From an uncultured Chloroflexia bacterium (GTDB lineage Bacteria; Chloroflexota; Limnocylindria; QHBO01): 64,000 nucleotides of DNA. The notes beneath the pieces are model-generated. The model saw nothing but the letters and a program-made list of their open reading frames with translations, ran no database searches and was not told the origin of the DNA. Shown here piece after piece: positions 1-10,939 of this stretch (its first letter is position 1; every line of letters begins with the position of its first letter). The stretch covers positions 201,312 to 265,311 of the forward strand of contig CAWHAZ010000004.1 of assembly GCA_963827475.1 (NCBI GenBank). Reading direction: 5' to 3'. The position numbers were made by a program, and so were the translations under genes.

Positions 1-1030
1 CGTCCCGCTCGAGGCGGCGATGAAGATGCGGTCCTCGTTCATCCTGCTCGGCCCGCTCCTGGCCCGCCACGGCCGGGTCATCATCAGCAACCCCGGCGGC
101 GACCGGATCGGCCGCCGGCCGGTGGACCTCCACGTCGAGGCCATGCAGGCGCTCGGCGCCGAGATCGAGTACCGCAACGGCTACTACTTCGCCCGGGCCG
201 ACCGGCTGCGGGGCGGACGGATCGCGTTCCCGTACGTAACCGTGATGGGCACCGAGAACGCCCTGCTGGCCGCCTGCCTGGCGGAGGGGACCACGGTCAT
301 CGAGAACGCCGCGCAGGAGCCGGAGGTGGACGACCTGGTCGCCATGCTGCGGACGATGGGGGCGCGCATCGAGCGGACCGCCGCCCACGTCCTCGAGGTC
401 GAAGGGGTGAACGGCCTGGGCGGCGTCGAGCACACCGTGGTCGGGGACCGGATCGAGGCGGGCACCTTCGCGGTCGCGGCGGCGGCCAGCGGCGGGGAGG
501 TGACGGTCATCGGATTCGAGCCCGCGCACCTCGGCGCCTTCACCGATGTCCTGGCCACCATGGGCGTGGCGCACGAGGCGGTGCGGACGAACGGCGGGCA
601 CGGCCTCCGCGTCGTCGGCGCGCCATCGGGAACGTATCGGCCGGTCGCCATCGAGACCGAGGCCTATCCGGGACTGGCGACCGATCTCCAGGCGCCCCTG
701 GCGGTGCTCATGACCCAGGCGGCAGGGGAGAGCACCATCCACGAGACGATCTACTCGGACCGCCTCGAGTACACCGCCGAGCTGGTGAAGATGGGCGCCG
801 AGATCGAGGTCACCGACGCCACCCGCGCCCGGATCGTGGGGCCCACCCCGCTCCGCGGCCGGCTGGTCCAGATCCCGGACCTGCGCGCCGGCGCGACCCT
901 GGTCCTCGCCGCCCTGGCCGCCGAGGGGACGAGCACGATCACCGGCGTGGAGCACGTCGACCGCGGGTACGAGGCATTCGAGTCCAAGCTGGTGGACCTG
1001 GGCGCCCGGATCGGCCGGGTGACCGACTGA
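1..1030 (+). CDS. murA: UDP-N-acetylglucosamine 1-carboxyvinyltransferase (5'-truncated by window)
   Basis: [64 protein letters not shown] motifs. Confidence 0.97.
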   Translation, partial: VPLEAAMKMRSSFILLGPLLARHGRVIISNPGGDRIGRRPVDLHVEAMQALGAEIEYRNGYYFARADRLRGGRIAFPYVTVMGTENALLAACLAEGTTVIENAAQEPEVDDLVAMLRTMGARIERTAAHVLEVEGVNGLGGVEHTVVGDRIEAGTFAVAAAASGGEVTVIGFEPAHLGAFTDVLATMGVAHEAVRTNGGHGLRVVGAPSGTYRPVAIETEAYPGLATDLQAPLAVLMTQAAGESTIHETIYSDRLEYTAELVKMGAEIEVTDATRARIVGPTPLRGRLVQIPDLRAGATLVLAALAAEGTSTITGVEHVDRGYEAFESKLVDLGARIGRVTD

Positions 1031-1088
1031 GGTTCCCCGACCGGCCGATATACTCGCCGCCCACCCCGCTCCCCCAGATCGGTCGCGC

Positions 1089-2081
1089 ATGAAGATCGGT
1101 ATCGACCTCGGCACCGCCAACATCCTGGTCTACGTCCAGGGCAAGGGCGTCGTCCTGAACGAGCCGTCGGTGGTCGCCATCTCGGAGGACGAGAACCGGC
1201 TGGTGGCGGTCGGCGAGGAGGCGCGCGAGATGATCGGTCGCACGCCGGGGAACGTTCGGGCCATACGGCCCATGCGCGATGGGGTCATTGCGGACTACCT
1301 CATCACCGAGGCCATGCTTCACTACGTGATCAACAAGGTGGCCCGCGTCCGGATCTTCCGGCCCGACGTGATGATCAGCGTGCCGTCAGGCGTGACCAGC
1401 GTGGAGAAGCGCGCGGTCCGTGACGCGGCGCTGAAGGCCGGCGCACGGGACGCGTTCCTCATCGAGGAGCCGCTGGCGGCGGCGATCGGGGCCAACATCC
1501 CGATCAGCGGCCCCTCCGGCAACATGATCATCGACATCGGAGGCGGGACGACCGAGGTGGCGGTCATCGCCCTGGGCGGAATCGTGGTCTCCGACTCGGT
1601 CCGCGTCGGCGGGAACCGCTTCGACGAGGCGATCGCGAACTACATCCGCCGCAAGTACAACCTGATGATCGGGGAGCGGACGGCGGAAGAGGTGAAGATC
1701 CGGATCGGGTCCGCCCTGCCGCTCGACGAGCCGCTGACGATGGAGGTCAAGGGACGCGACCTCATCGCCGGGCTGCCCCGGACGATCCCGATGAACAGCG
1801 GAGAGGTCACCGAGGCCATCGAGCAGCCGCTCCAGCAGATCATCTCCGCGGTGCGCAGCGTGCTCGAGCAGACGCCGCCGGAGCTGGCGAGCGACATCAT
1901 CGACAAGGGGATGGTCATGTCCGGCGGCGGCAGCCTCCTCCGTAACCTCGATGGGCTGCTGACCCAGGTGACCGGCATCCCGTGCCACGTGGCGGAGAAC
2001 GCCCTGAGCTCGGTGGCGGTCGGCACCGGGCGCGCGCTGGAGCAGTTCGCGACGTTCCGCAAGAGCCTGGTGACCTCGTGA
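1089..2081 (+). CDS. mreB: Rod shape-determining actin-like protein (MreB/Mbl)
   Basis: [53 protein letters not shown] motifs. Confidence 0.97.
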   Translation: MKIGIDLGTANILVYVQGKGVVLNEPSVVAISEDENRLVAVGEEAREMIGRTPGNVRAIRPMRDGVIADYLITEAMLHYVINKVARVRIFRPDVMISVPSGVTSVEKRAVRDAALKAGARDAFLIEEPLAAAIGANIPISGPSGNMIIDIGGGTTEVAVIALGGIVVSDSVRVGGNRFDEAIANYIRRKYNLMIGERTAEEVKIRIGSALPLDEPLTMEVKGRDLIAGLPRTIPMNSGEVTEAIEQPLQQIISAVRSVLEQTPPELASDIIDKGMVMSGGGSLLRNLDGLLTQVTGIPCHVAENALSSVAVGTGRALEQFATFRKSLVTS

Positions 2082-2836
2082 CCACCGCGGTGGCGACCCA
2101 GACCGCGGTCCGTGAGAAGACCGGCGCCGATAGCCGGGCGCTGGCCTTCGCCGACTTCCATTGCCACACCCGCCACAGCCCCGACTCCCGGCTGGACGAG
2201 GACCGATTCCTCACCGTGGCCCTGGAGCGCGGCCTGACCCACGTCGCGGTCACCGACCACAACACGATCGACGGATCGGTGGCGGTTCGGGCGAAGGCCG
2301 CGGAATTGGCCATGGACGATCGTCTGACGGTGATCCTGGGCGAGGAGGTCTCGAGCGCGGACGGCGAGATCGTGGGGCTGTTCATCAAGGCGACCATCCC
2401 GCGCGGCCTGTCGGCCGAGGACACGGCCGACGCCATTCGCGGTCAGGGCGGCCTTGTCTCGGTTCCGCACCCGTACGACCCGTTCCGCCGCTCGCACATC
2501 AACCCCGAGGCGCTGGAGAGTCTGGCGGTGAGCCACCGGATCGACATGATCGAGGTCTTCAACAGCCGGGTCACGCTCGGCCGCCACAACCAGGAAGCGG
2601 CCGACTTCGCGGCCCGCCACGGAATCCCCGGCGTTGCCTGCTCCGACTCGCACACGGCGATGGAGGTCGCGATGAGCTTCAACGCTCTGCCGGCCTTCGC
2701 CACGGCCGACGAGCTGGCCGCTGCCCTTCCCGACAACGAGTGGCACGGCAGCCGCACGACCAAGCTGGTCCATCTCGGAACCCGGTTCGCGGTCGCCTCG
2801 AAGTGGGTCGAGCGCCAGACCGGGGCCGGCAAATGA
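2078..2836 (+). CDS. PHP-domain phosphoesterase
   Basis: DFHCHT..SPDS, AVTDHN, GEEVS, PHPYD, IEVFN, CSDSH; GTG start overlaps the mreB stop (GTGA). Confidence 0.88.
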   Translation: MTTAVATQTAVREKTGADSRALAFADFHCHTRHSPDSRLDEDRFLTVALERGLTHVAVTDHNTIDGSVAVRAKAAELAMDDRLTVILGEEVSSADGEIVGLFIKATIPRGLSAEDTADAIRGQGGLVSVPHPYDPFRRSHINPEALESLAVSHRIDMIEVFNSRVTLGRHNQEAADFAARHGIPGVACSDSHTAMEVAMSFNALPAFATADELAAALPDNEWHGSRTTKLVHLGTRFAVASKWVERQTGAGK

Positions 2837-3993
2837 CCGAGGACCAGCCCGACCACCTTCCTCCCGCCGAAGGTCCCGACAACCGATCCCAGGGCCATCC
2901 CCACGGCCATTCGGTCTACGAGGCATCCGACTTCCTCGGCGCGCCCGCCGGCGAGGGCATCCCGGAGAGCGAGGTCTCGCTGGCTCGGCGCTTCCTCAAC
3001 GCCCGCACCATCGGCTCGCTGGTCTTTGCCCTGCTCCTGCTGTTCCTGTTCTTCCGGGTCGTGCTCGACATCGACTTCGGCGCGACCATCGGTCTCATCC
3101 GGTCCGCGGACCCGGTCCTCCTCCTCGCCGCCCTGGTCGTCTACTACCTGACCTTCCCGCTCCGCGGGGGGCGGTGGTGGTACGTGCTCGGCAAGGTCGG
3201 GACCCACATCCGGTACTGGATCGCGACCGAGATCCTGTTCCTGTCGTGGTTCGTGAACTGCCTCGTGCCGGCCAAGCTCGGCGACCTGTACCGGGCCTAC
3301 CTGCTGAAGGGCAACTTCGGGGGATCGGCCTCGCGCACGGTGGGCACGATCTTCGTCGAGCGGATCGCGGACATCGTCATCATCTTCGGCCTGGCCGTGG
3401 CTGCCGGCTTCTGGAGCTTCCGCGGACGATCCCGGCCGGAGCTGGACTTCATCTTCGTGGCGGCGTTCCTGCTCGTCGTCCTCCTGGTCGTCCTGCTCGT
3501 CGTGCTCCGGTTTGCCGGCCACCACATCGAGCGCATCCTGCCCGGGCGGGTGGAGGGCTTCTACACCCGGTTCCGGGAGGGCACCACCGCCGCCCTCACG
3601 CCGCGCGCGGTGAGCGTGATCGGACTGATCACCGTCTTCATCTGGCTGGCCGAGGGGCTCCGTGTCTTCTTCGTCATCAAGGCCGTTAACCTGCCCGACG
3701 CGCAGCTCGGCATCTCGGCAGCCATTTTCGTGGCCCTGGTGGCGGCCCTCCTGACCGCGATTCCGCTGACCCCGGCCGGGGTCGGGTTCGTGGAGGCCGG
3801 GATCGTGGCCGCCCTGTCGCTGTACGGAGTCAGCCCCGAGTCCGCGGTGGCCATCGCGCTCATCGACCGTGCGATCTCGGTCCTCACCGTGATCGTGCTC
3901 GGCGGCCTCGACTACCTGCGCAGCCCGCTCGTCCGGCAGGCCCACCGCGCCGGCCTGGGCAACCCGCCCACGCAGGAGCCGCTCACCGGCTGA
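2833..3993 (+). CDS. UPF0104 / lysylphosphatidylglycerol-synthase-TM flippase-like membrane protein
   Basis: Polytopic; RG.RW, N.LVPAKLGD.YR, ERIAD, IPLTPAGVGFVE, DR motifs; ATGA overlap with the PHP gene. Confidence 0.85.
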   Translation: MTEDQPDHLPPAEGPDNRSQGHPHGHSVYEASDFLGAPAGEGIPESEVSLARRFLNARTIGSLVFALLLLFLFFRVVLDIDFGATIGLIRSADPVLLLAALVVYYLTFPLRGGRWWYVLGKVGTHIRYWIATEILFLSWFVNCLVPAKLGDLYRAYLLKGNFGGSASRTVGTIFVERIADIVIIFGLAVAAGFWSFRGRSRPELDFIFVAAFLLVVLLVVLLVVLRFAGHHIERILPGRVEGFYTRFREGTTAALTPRAVSVIGLITVFIWLAEGLRVFFVIKAVNLPDAQLGISAAIFVALVAALLTAIPLTPAGVGFVEAGIVAALSLYGVSPESAVAIALIDRAISVLTVIVLGGLDYLRSPLVRQAHRAGLGNPPTQEPLTG

Positions 3994-4129
3994 CGCTCAC
4001 CGGCACCTGACCGGCGTCCGGCCCGAGGTACCTTTGTCCCATTGAGGCTGCGGCCCCCGAACCCGATGCTGCGGGTGCGCGCACGCACCACCCACGCTCG
4101 TGAGTGGAGGCGCCATATGAGCCTCGTGG

Positions 4130-4570
4130 ATGACCCTCCAGACGCCGCGATCCTTCAACAGCTGGCTCCGCAGCCAGTTGAAGGAAAAGAAGATGAGCCA
4201 GCGCCAGCTGGCGCTCCAGTCGGGGGTCGATCACTCGACCATCTCCCGGCTGATCAAGGGCGACCGCATGCCGTCCCTGGGCACGGCGACGAAGCTGGCT
4301 CGAGGCCTGCGCGAGATCCACGACGAGTCGGAAGGGCCCACCTACTTCGCGGGCCTGGCCGCTCGCCAGCTGCTCCCCACCAGTCGGGTCGAGTACGCCC
4401 TCCGCGGTGACGACCTCCTGACCGAGACCGATGTGCGCGAGCTCATGCAGAGCTACATCGCCGTCCGCTCGCGCCGACTCCGCCAGGACGCGGCCAACGG
4501 TGGTCCCCATACCGGACCGAACGGGGACGGCACCGGCCCCGAGGCAGCGAAGGTCCGCTCCGGCACCTGA
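4130..4570 (+). CDS. XRE-family HTH transcriptional regulator
   Basis: MSQRQLA..SGVDHSTISRL.KGDR.PSL HTH motif. Confidence 0.85.
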   Translation: MTLQTPRSFNSWLRSQLKEKKMSQRQLALQSGVDHSTISRLIKGDRMPSLGTATKLARGLREIHDESEGPTYFAGLAARQLLPTSRVEYALRGDDLLTETDVRELMQSYIAVRSRRLRQDAANGGPHTGPNGDGTGPEAAKVRSGT

Positions 4571-4589
4571 CGTCTGCTAGCGTGGTCCG

Positions 4590-4706
4590 GTGGACCAGCC
4601 GGACCGATCAGGCCCCGACCTGCTGACCATCGGGCTTCTCGTCTTCTTCATCGCCCTGATCGTCATCGTTGCCGTAATGCTGCTGCTCCCCATCCTGACC
4701 GGCTAG
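4590..4706 (+). CDS. Small single-TM protein (38 aa)
   Basis: Manual translation MDQPDRSGPDLLTIGLLVFFIALIVIVAVMLLLPILTG; below ORF-track cutoff. Confidence 0.5.
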   Translation: MDQPDRSGPDLLTIGLLVFFIALIVIVAVMLLLPILTG

Positions 4707-4730
4707 ACCGGGGAGGGCTCAGGGTTTCGG

Positions 4731-5294
4731 TCAGGTCGGGCGAACGATCGGATCGATCAGGCCGTGGCCCCCGTCGGCGCGGCGGTACACGACGCTCACC
4801 CGGCTCGTTTCGGCGTTGAGGAACACGAAGAACGCGTGGCCCAGCTCCTCCATCCGGGTGATCGCGTCCTCGGGGAACATCGGCACCATGTCGAGGCGGG
4901 TGATCTCGACGACTCCGGCCGGGGGCTCGCGCTCCGTCACCGTGGGCGCGGCGGCGCTGGCCACGCTCGCCGCGCTGGCCGCCGGCGACCGCCGGCTCTC
5001 CCGCACCCGCTGGCGCGCCCGCACGACCTGCCGCTCGAGCTTGTCGACCACGGCGTCCACGGCGGCCATGGGCGTGGCCGCGGCCGCGGACGACCGCATC
5101 ATCGCGCCGCGGCTGACCAGGGTGATCGACGCGGCGTGAGCCGAATCCGCCGCGCGGGATGCCCGCGCGGTCAGCTCGACCGTGGCGTGGGCGGGCGTGT
5201 CCGCGATCCGATCCAGGCGCTGGAGCTTGCGCTCGATGCGGGCCCTCAGGCGGGCATCGAGCTCGAGGTGACGGGCGTGGAGCGTGGTCTTCAC
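4731..5294 (-). CDS. hpf: Ribosome hibernation promoting factor (long HPF/RaiA)
   Basis: KL.RLDR, AA.D.VVDKLERQ N-domain; PM.PEDAI..MEELGH.FFVF.NAE...VSVVYRR.DG..GLI C-domain. Confidence 0.9.
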   Translation of the reverse strand: MKTTLHARHLELDARLRARIERKLQRLDRIADTPAHATVELTARASRAADSAHAASITLVSRGAMMRSSAAAATPMAAVDAVVDKLERQVVRARQRVRESRRSPAASAASVASAAAPTVTEREPPAGVVEITRLDMVPMFPEDAITRMEELGHAFFVFLNAETSRVSVVYRRADGGHGLIDPIVRPT

Positions 5295-5359
5295 CGCCGG
5301 TCTCTCCCGATTCGCGGGTCGGCCCTACGGTAGCACCAGATGCCTCGGACCGGGCCGGG

Positions 5360-6040
5360 TCACACCTCCCGCGCGATGGCGAAGCCGTAGACCGCCGGCA
5401 CGCCCGCCGCCCGCAGGATGACCGCGCACGCCTCGAACGTGGCGCCGGTGGTCAGGATGTCGTCGACGACGATGGCCGCTTCCGGCAGCCGGCCGTTCGG
5501 CGGCGGCTGTCGCGCCATGGCCATCGCGTCGCGCAGGTTGCGGAGGCGCGTCGTGCGGTCCAGGCCGTGCTGGCGCTCCGTTGCGCGACGGCGGACCAGC
5601 CCGGGCCACACCGGGACCCGGGTCTCGCGCCCCAGGGCCGCGGCCAGGAGGGCGGCCTGGTTGTAGCCCCGCTCCCGATGGCGGCCCTCGTGGAGCGGCA
5701 CCGGTACCAGCAGGGCCGGGCCGCTGACCGCCAGCAGCTGGCGCAGGGCCGGGGCTGCCAGTCGGGCGAGCGGCGCGGCCAGGTGTCGCCCGCCGCCGTA
5801 CTTGAGGCGGCGGAGGATCCGTTGCGCCTCGTCGCGGTGCGCGAAGGCGGCGACGCCGACCAGCAGCGCGTCGCCCACGATCACCGCACGGTCGGTGCCG
5901 AGAAATGCACTCCCAGGGTCCGTGGGCGGGCGCAGGCTCGACTGGCAGGCGTCACAGATCGCCGCGCCGTACCTCCCGCACCCCGCGCAGGCGGGCGGCA
6001 GCAGGAGGTCCAGGACGGCCACGGGCCAAGTCTGCTGCAC
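5360..6040 (-). CDS. comF: ComF/ComFC-family protein (zinc ribbon + phosphoribosyltransferase)
   Basis: LLLPPAC.GC...ICDAC, LKY, VPVPLH..R..ERGYNQA, VVDDILTTGAT; start approximate. Confidence 0.9.
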   Translation of the reverse strand: MQQTWPVAVLDLLLPPACAGCGRYGAAICDACQSSLRPPTDPGSAFLGTDRAVIVGDALLVGVAAFAHRDEAQRILRRLKYGGGRHLAAPLARLAAPALRQLLAVSGPALLVPVPLHEGRHRERGYNQAALLAAALGRETRVPVWPGLVRRRATERQHGLDRTTRLRNLRDAMAMARQPPPNGRLPEAAIVVDDILTTGATFEACAVILRAAGVPAVYGFAIAREV

Positions 6041-6068
6041 GGCCGTGTACCGGCCGCGTACCGGTGGC

Positions 6069-6434
6069 TTACGCCGAGGCGGGCTCGAGCACCAGCTGAT
6101 CGCCGACCACCGTCCCGGTCGGCGCGACCGACCCCGACGGCAGTTCCAGGCAGTCACGCGCCCCACGGGCCCAGGCCACGATCCGCCACGGGCGGAGCTG
6201 CTCGACGACCCGGACCACGCGGCCCGAGCCGTCGACGAAGACCGCATCGATCGCGAAGCGCATGAAGAACATGTGGATCGACGGCGAGCGTTCGATCCAC
6301 AGCCCCTCTCCGGCAGGGAGCGACGGGCGGCCGAGCAGGCCCACCGTGCGGTCGCGGAGCGACCGGGCGACGAGGCACTGCTCGGCCACCACCGTCCCCC
6401 GGGTCTCGTTGCGCACCCGCATCACGTCCGCCAT
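6069..6434 (-). CDS. DUF192-family protein
   Basis: R..GLLGR..L..GEGL, SIHMFFMRFAID.VF.D, LELP.G. Confidence 0.88.
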   Translation of the reverse strand: MADVMRVRNETRGTVVAEQCLVARSLRDRTVGLLGRPSLPAGEGLWIERSPSIHMFFMRFAIDAVFVDGSGRVVRVVEQLRPWRIVAWARGARDCLELPSGSVAPTGTVVGDQLVLEPASA

Positions 6435-6462
6435 CCGCGGCGGATGCTACGCGGGCGGGCGG

Positions 6463-7651
6463 CTACTTGATGAGCTGAATCCCGACCGCGGAGAACGGTC
6501 CGGCCGTGCCGGGCGCCGGCCCGACGGTGGCGCCAGGACCGACGAAGCGGACGAACATGCCCTTCAGGCAGCTGGTCGCGCCGTTGCCCGTGTCGCAGTC
6601 GGCCTTGTTGTTGCCGTTGACGAACGCCCCCTTCGGATCTTCGAACAGGAACGCCACGAAGCGGTCGAGGTGGTACCACTGGTTCTGCCCGTTGCCGCCC
6701 ACGTTCGGTGGCGGGCACGCGCCGACGCCGGTCCCGGGCGGCTCCATGTTGCACGTGGCGTCGAACATCGGGATCAGGACCGGGATCTGGTTGATGGCGT
6801 AGTAGTTCAGGGCATCCTCGACGCCGCTGCGAGTTGACGTTTCCGGTGCTCGGGACGTGGTACCAGCCTGGGACGGTGATCTGGTAGTCCAGCGTGCCGG
6901 GAGGTCCGATGGCGTCGATCAGCTCCGACGTTCCGCCGCCCGGCGGGTGCCAGTCCAGCCACCCGACGTTGCCGGGGCCGTTCTTGCACAGCGGGATGGT
7001 GAACGGGATGTTGAAGTACGTTGGCTCGCCCCAGATCGAGGGCGGCACCGCCGGTGTGATGTCGCCGCTGCCGTCGCAGGTCACGACGTTCAGCGGGATG
7101 GTGACCGGAAGGATCGCGCAGTCGGAGGCGGACGGGCACACACCCTCGATGTAGCCCGCCACCGCGGTCGCATCCGCCAGGGTGGTCAGCGTCGGCCGGC
7201 CGATCACCTGCATCAGGAAGGTGTCGAACGTCTTCGAGGTCTCGGCCTGGACGCCGGCGGCATTGGGCGGAATCGCGCCCGCGCCCACCTCGGCAGCGGC
7301 TGCCGTGCTCGCGGCAGGTCCCCCGGCGCCGTCGAGCAGGTTGCCGAGGATGTCCGTGTACCACGCACCGACCTTGTCGACGCCGTTGGCCGCGACCGAG
7401 GCATCAACGGCGGCCAGCACGTCGGCATCGACGCGGGGCTCCCCGCTGAGACGCTCGGCCATCACCACGGCGCCGGCCTCGCTGACCGCGTCCGACGCGT
7501 TCTGGTTGTCTCGCTGCTGGCCCCAGGCCATGCCACCATCGACGACGAGGCCCATGGCGGCCACCATGACCAGGAAGCCAGCGGCGACGATGACGAGGAT
7601 CTGACCTCGGGGTTCAGCCTCGGGGTTCAGAGGACGGGCGGGATGAAACAC
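6463..7651 (-). CDS. tadG: TadG-like minor pilin, module A (frameshift ~6830)
   Basis: RG|QILVIVA prepilin-like N-terminus, VDGG..W...R..QNASDA; C-terminus in ORF 6463..6768; paralog of 9192..10448. Confidence 0.8.
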
Positions 7652-7675
7652 GGATGGAACTCCTTTGAAGACGGT

Positions 7676-8161
7676 TCATGGCCAAGGACAGGTGAGCAAG
7701 GCGGGGTTGGTTGGATCAGGGCATGTGCGCTCGACCGGCATTTCGGTCGTGGACGACAGCGGGTTCGCGGCGAAGTACCCCGCGAGGATCTGACCGATGA
7801 CCGGGGTCGCCGGGGCGAAGTCGTAGATCGACCGTGACCGAGACGACGCAGCCGACGGCAATGGGGTCACCGGCGACCGGATCGCCGCAGCTCCCCCGCC
7901 GACCAGGTCGTAGACGGGCGTGACCGCGGCGTCGGTGAGGCCGAGTGAGACCGCCTGCTTGATGGCCTCCGCCTCGACGTCGGCATTGGTCTGGTTCACG
8001 ATCGCGACCCGCGCCGATTCGCGCGAGGCGTTCGAGATCGTGTTGTAGGCGTAGACCGCCCGCCCGAGGTCGAAGAGTCCGAACAGGATCAGCACGAAGA
8101 CCGGGAGGACCAGCGCGAACTCCACCAGGCTCTGGCCGCGTTCGGACGACTGCCTGCGCAT
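7676..8161 (-). CDS. tadE: TadE-family minor pilin, module A (internal indels)
   Basis: RG|QSLVEFALVLP...D.GR......NASRE.AR. Confidence 0.85.
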   Translation of the reverse strand: MRRQSSERGQSLVEFALVLPVFVLILFGLFDLGRAVYAYNTISNASRESARVAIVNQTNADVEAEAIKQAVSLGLTDAAVTPVYDLVGGGAAAIRSPVTPLPSAASSRSRSIYDFAPATPVIGQILAGYFAANPLSSTTEMPVERTCPDPTNPALLTCPWP

Positions 8162-8162
8162 G

Positions 8163-8929
8163 TCAGGGGCCCACCGATTCGATGGTCGCGTTGCACGGTC
8201 CCGACTGTCCGCCAACCAGCGGGGACTGGCTGCCGACGAAGTCTGGTTCGCTGTTGGCGGCCGGTTGACGACGAGCGTCGTCGTGAACCCGGCCAGCGCC
8301 CACTTGGCCTGGAGCGCGGGTTCGGGCTCTGCTTGATCGATGGTCGCCGATGAAGCTCGGCGCGGTGCACTGGGCTGGCGTGGGCGCCGGGGTCGCCGAG
8401 GGATCGGGCGTGGGCGTCGGGCTGCCTGCCGGGGACGGCGAGGGCAGCGTGGAGCCCGACGGGCACTCCCCCGATGAACCCACCGCGGATCGGGAACACC
8501 GATTCGGCGCTGATGGTGATCACTCCGCCGACGATCTGCGAGACGAGCGGCGTGATGAGCGTGAACTGGCAGGTGAGCGTGACCTGGGCCGGATCACCGA
8601 GGTCGGTGCCGGCGCTGAACACGGGCGTCGGAAGGGTGCCCGGCAGCACGCAGTTCAGCGCATTGGCATCGGCCAGGATCTGGGCCTCGTAGTTCGCCTG
8701 TTGGGTCGAGTTGCCCGGCGTGCCCCAGGCGGTCGGGTGCGCGGCCGCGTAGCTGGCCCCGATCCGGCTGGCGTTGTTCAGGCCCACCCAGCCGAAGAAG
8801 ACGCGGCCGAGGTCGAGGCCGAGCAAGCAGGACGAGCAGCAGGACCGGCAGGATGAGGGCCATTTCGACCAGCGCCTGCCCACGGCGGGAGCGACCGGAG
8901 GTGCGACCGAGTATTCGAGACAGAAACAT
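8163..8929 (-). CDS. tadE: TadE-family pilin with P/S/T linker and PASTA-like C-domain, module A (frameshifted)
   Basis: RG|QALVEMALILP, DLGRVFFGWVGLNNASRIGASYAA, PSPSP...TPAPTP linker, CTAPSFIG. Confidence 0.8.
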
Positions 8930-9015
8930 GAGGCGAATCCGAAATAAGGACGGTTAGCCGGATGAGGACGAGTCTCAGCCGATTGGGCTATGAGTCCGCC
9001 CGAAAGTACCACCCT

Positions 9016-9036
9016 GACCTTGCCGTGCACCTTGCA
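9016..9036 (-). promoter_or_regulatory. Tandem GCAAGG direct-repeat box upstream of module A
   Basis: Minus strand TGCAAGGTGCACGGCAAGGTC; similar boxes at 11695 and 17300. Confidence 0.5.
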
Positions 9037-9123
9037 GCACCGGATATTCCGTTGGCCGCAGGCAACGGCGGCCTTCGTCAATCGCGCCCACCGCCAGGTC
9101 GCTTGGCTGGGGACCGAGCAGAA

Positions 9124-9151
9124 CGACACCGCTCGGGCGAGAGCGGTGTCG
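9124..9151 (-). terminator. Stem-loop terminator after module-B tadG
   Basis: CGACACCGCTC/GAGCGGTGTCG 11-bp inverted repeat, followed by TTCT on the minus strand. Confidence 0.6.
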
Positions 9152-9191
9152 CGGCTGATGTGGACGGCCCGGACGGGTTCCGGGCGGTGGG

Positions 9192-10448
9192 CTACTTGAT
9201 CAGCTGGATCCCCACGGCGGCGTTCGCGCCGGGCTGCCCATTACCGGCTCCGACCGTGGCGCCGGGTCCCACGTACTTCACGAACATGCCCTTCAGGCAG
9301 GACGGTGGCCCCGTTGCCGGTGTCGCACTCAGGCTTGTTGCTGCCGGAGATGTACGCGCCCTTCGGGGCGTCCATCAGGAACGACACGAATCGGTCGAGG
9401 TGATACCACTGGTTCGAGCCATTGCCACCGACGTTCGCGGGCGGACATCGCTCGATGTCGCTCACGCCCGGGGCTGGGCGGGTCGGGCTCGGTGTTGCAG
9501 GTGGCGTCGAACATCGGGATCAGCGCCGGAATCTGGTTCTGGGCGTAGTAGTTCAGCGCGTCCTCGACACCGCTGCTGTTCACGTTGCCGGTGGAGGTGA
9601 CGTAGAACCACCCAGGCACTGACATCTCGTTGTTCGTGGCCGGTGGGCCGATCGCGGTCACGAGCTCGCTCGTTCCCCCAGCCGTCGGAGTCCAGTCCAG
9701 CCAGCCGACGTTTCCGGGGTTGTTCTTGCACAGCGGGATGGTCATGTGGAGGGACCAGTCCAGGACACCGTCGCCGTCGGGATCGAGCCATTCCCGGACC
9801 GGGTTCGACAGCATCGACTCACCACTGCCGTCGCAGGTCGTGATGCTGAGCGGGATCGTCACCGGCAGGACGTAGCAGTCGCCGGTCGCGGGGCACACCC
9901 CGTCGATGTAGCCCGAAACAGCGGTCGCATCGGCCACCGTGCTCAGGGTGTCGAAGCCGATGACCCCCACCAGGAACGTCTCAAAATCCTTGCGGGTCTC
10001 GACCTGGACGCCGAGGCGGACATCGGCCTGGAGGGTCCCCGCATTGGGGCAGAAGGACAGCGGGATCAGTCCGCCACCCACCTCGGCAGCGTCCGCCCTC
10101 GCCACCGGCGCGCCGGCGGCGTTGACGGGATCACCGTTGCAGTTCGCGTACCAGGCCCCGACCAGCGTGACGCCGTTCGCGGTGACCGATCCATCGACAG
10201 CGGCGAGGACGTCGGCATCGGTTCGCAGCTTCCCCGGTCAGCTTCTCGGCGAGCACGACGGCTCCCGCTTCGCTGGCCGCGTCGGCGGCGTTCTGGTTGT
10301 CACGCTGCTGGCCCCACGCGTACCCGCCGTCGACGACGAGCCCGGTCATCGCGACCATGATGACCAGCGCGGCGGCGACGATGATCAGGATCTGACCGCG
10401 GGGCTCGTCTTCGGCCCGCGTGCGGGGAGGTCGGTGGAGGAAGAACAT
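9192..10448 (-). CDS. tadG: TadG-like minor pilin, module B (several frameshifts)
   Basis: RG|QILIIVA, VDGGYAWGQQRDNQNAADAA; IPLCKN.PGNVGWLDW, PMFDATCN and NQWYHLDRFV shared with module A. Confidence 0.8.
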
Positions 10449-10471
10449 GATGATGGCTCCTATGGGTTCGG

Positions 10472-10939
10472 TCACGGCCACGGGCACGTGAGCAGGGAGG
10501 GATTATTGGAGTCGGGACAGGTGCGTTCGACCGGCATCTCGGTCGTGGACGAAATCGTGAATGGACCGATGATCTGGCCGATCACCGGGGTCGCGGCGAC
10601 GAACGTGTACTGGACGGTGACCGCGGCCCGACAGGTGACCCCGAACGGAGCGGTGCAGTCTCCGGTCCCGCTCGGGTCGCCGTAGGAGATCGTCACCTCG
10701 GCCGGCGTGAGGCCGAGACCGACCCCTTGCTTCAGCGCTTCGGCCTCGATATCAGCCTCGGTCTGGTTCACGATCGCGATCCGCACCGACTCGCGCGATG
10801 CATTGGAGACCGTGTTGAACGCGAACACCGCGCGGCCGAGGTCGAACAGACCGATCAGCAGCAGGATGAACACCGGAAAGACGAGCGCAAACTCGACCAG
10901 GCTCTGGCCCTTTGCCGAACGCGTCGCGAGCCTGCTCAT
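10472..10939 (-). CDS. tadE: TadE-family minor pilin, module B
   Basis: KG|QSLVEFALVFP..., ends EMPVERTCPD..NP.LLTCPWP like module A. Confidence 0.88.
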   Translation of the reverse strand: MSRLATRSAKGQSLVEFALVFPVFILLLIGLFDLGRAVFAFNTVSNASRESVRIAIVNQTEADIEAEALKQGVGLGLTPAEVTISYGDPSGTGDCTAPFGVTCRAAVTVQYTFVAATPVIGQIIGPFTISSTTEMPVERTCPDSNNPSLLTCPWP

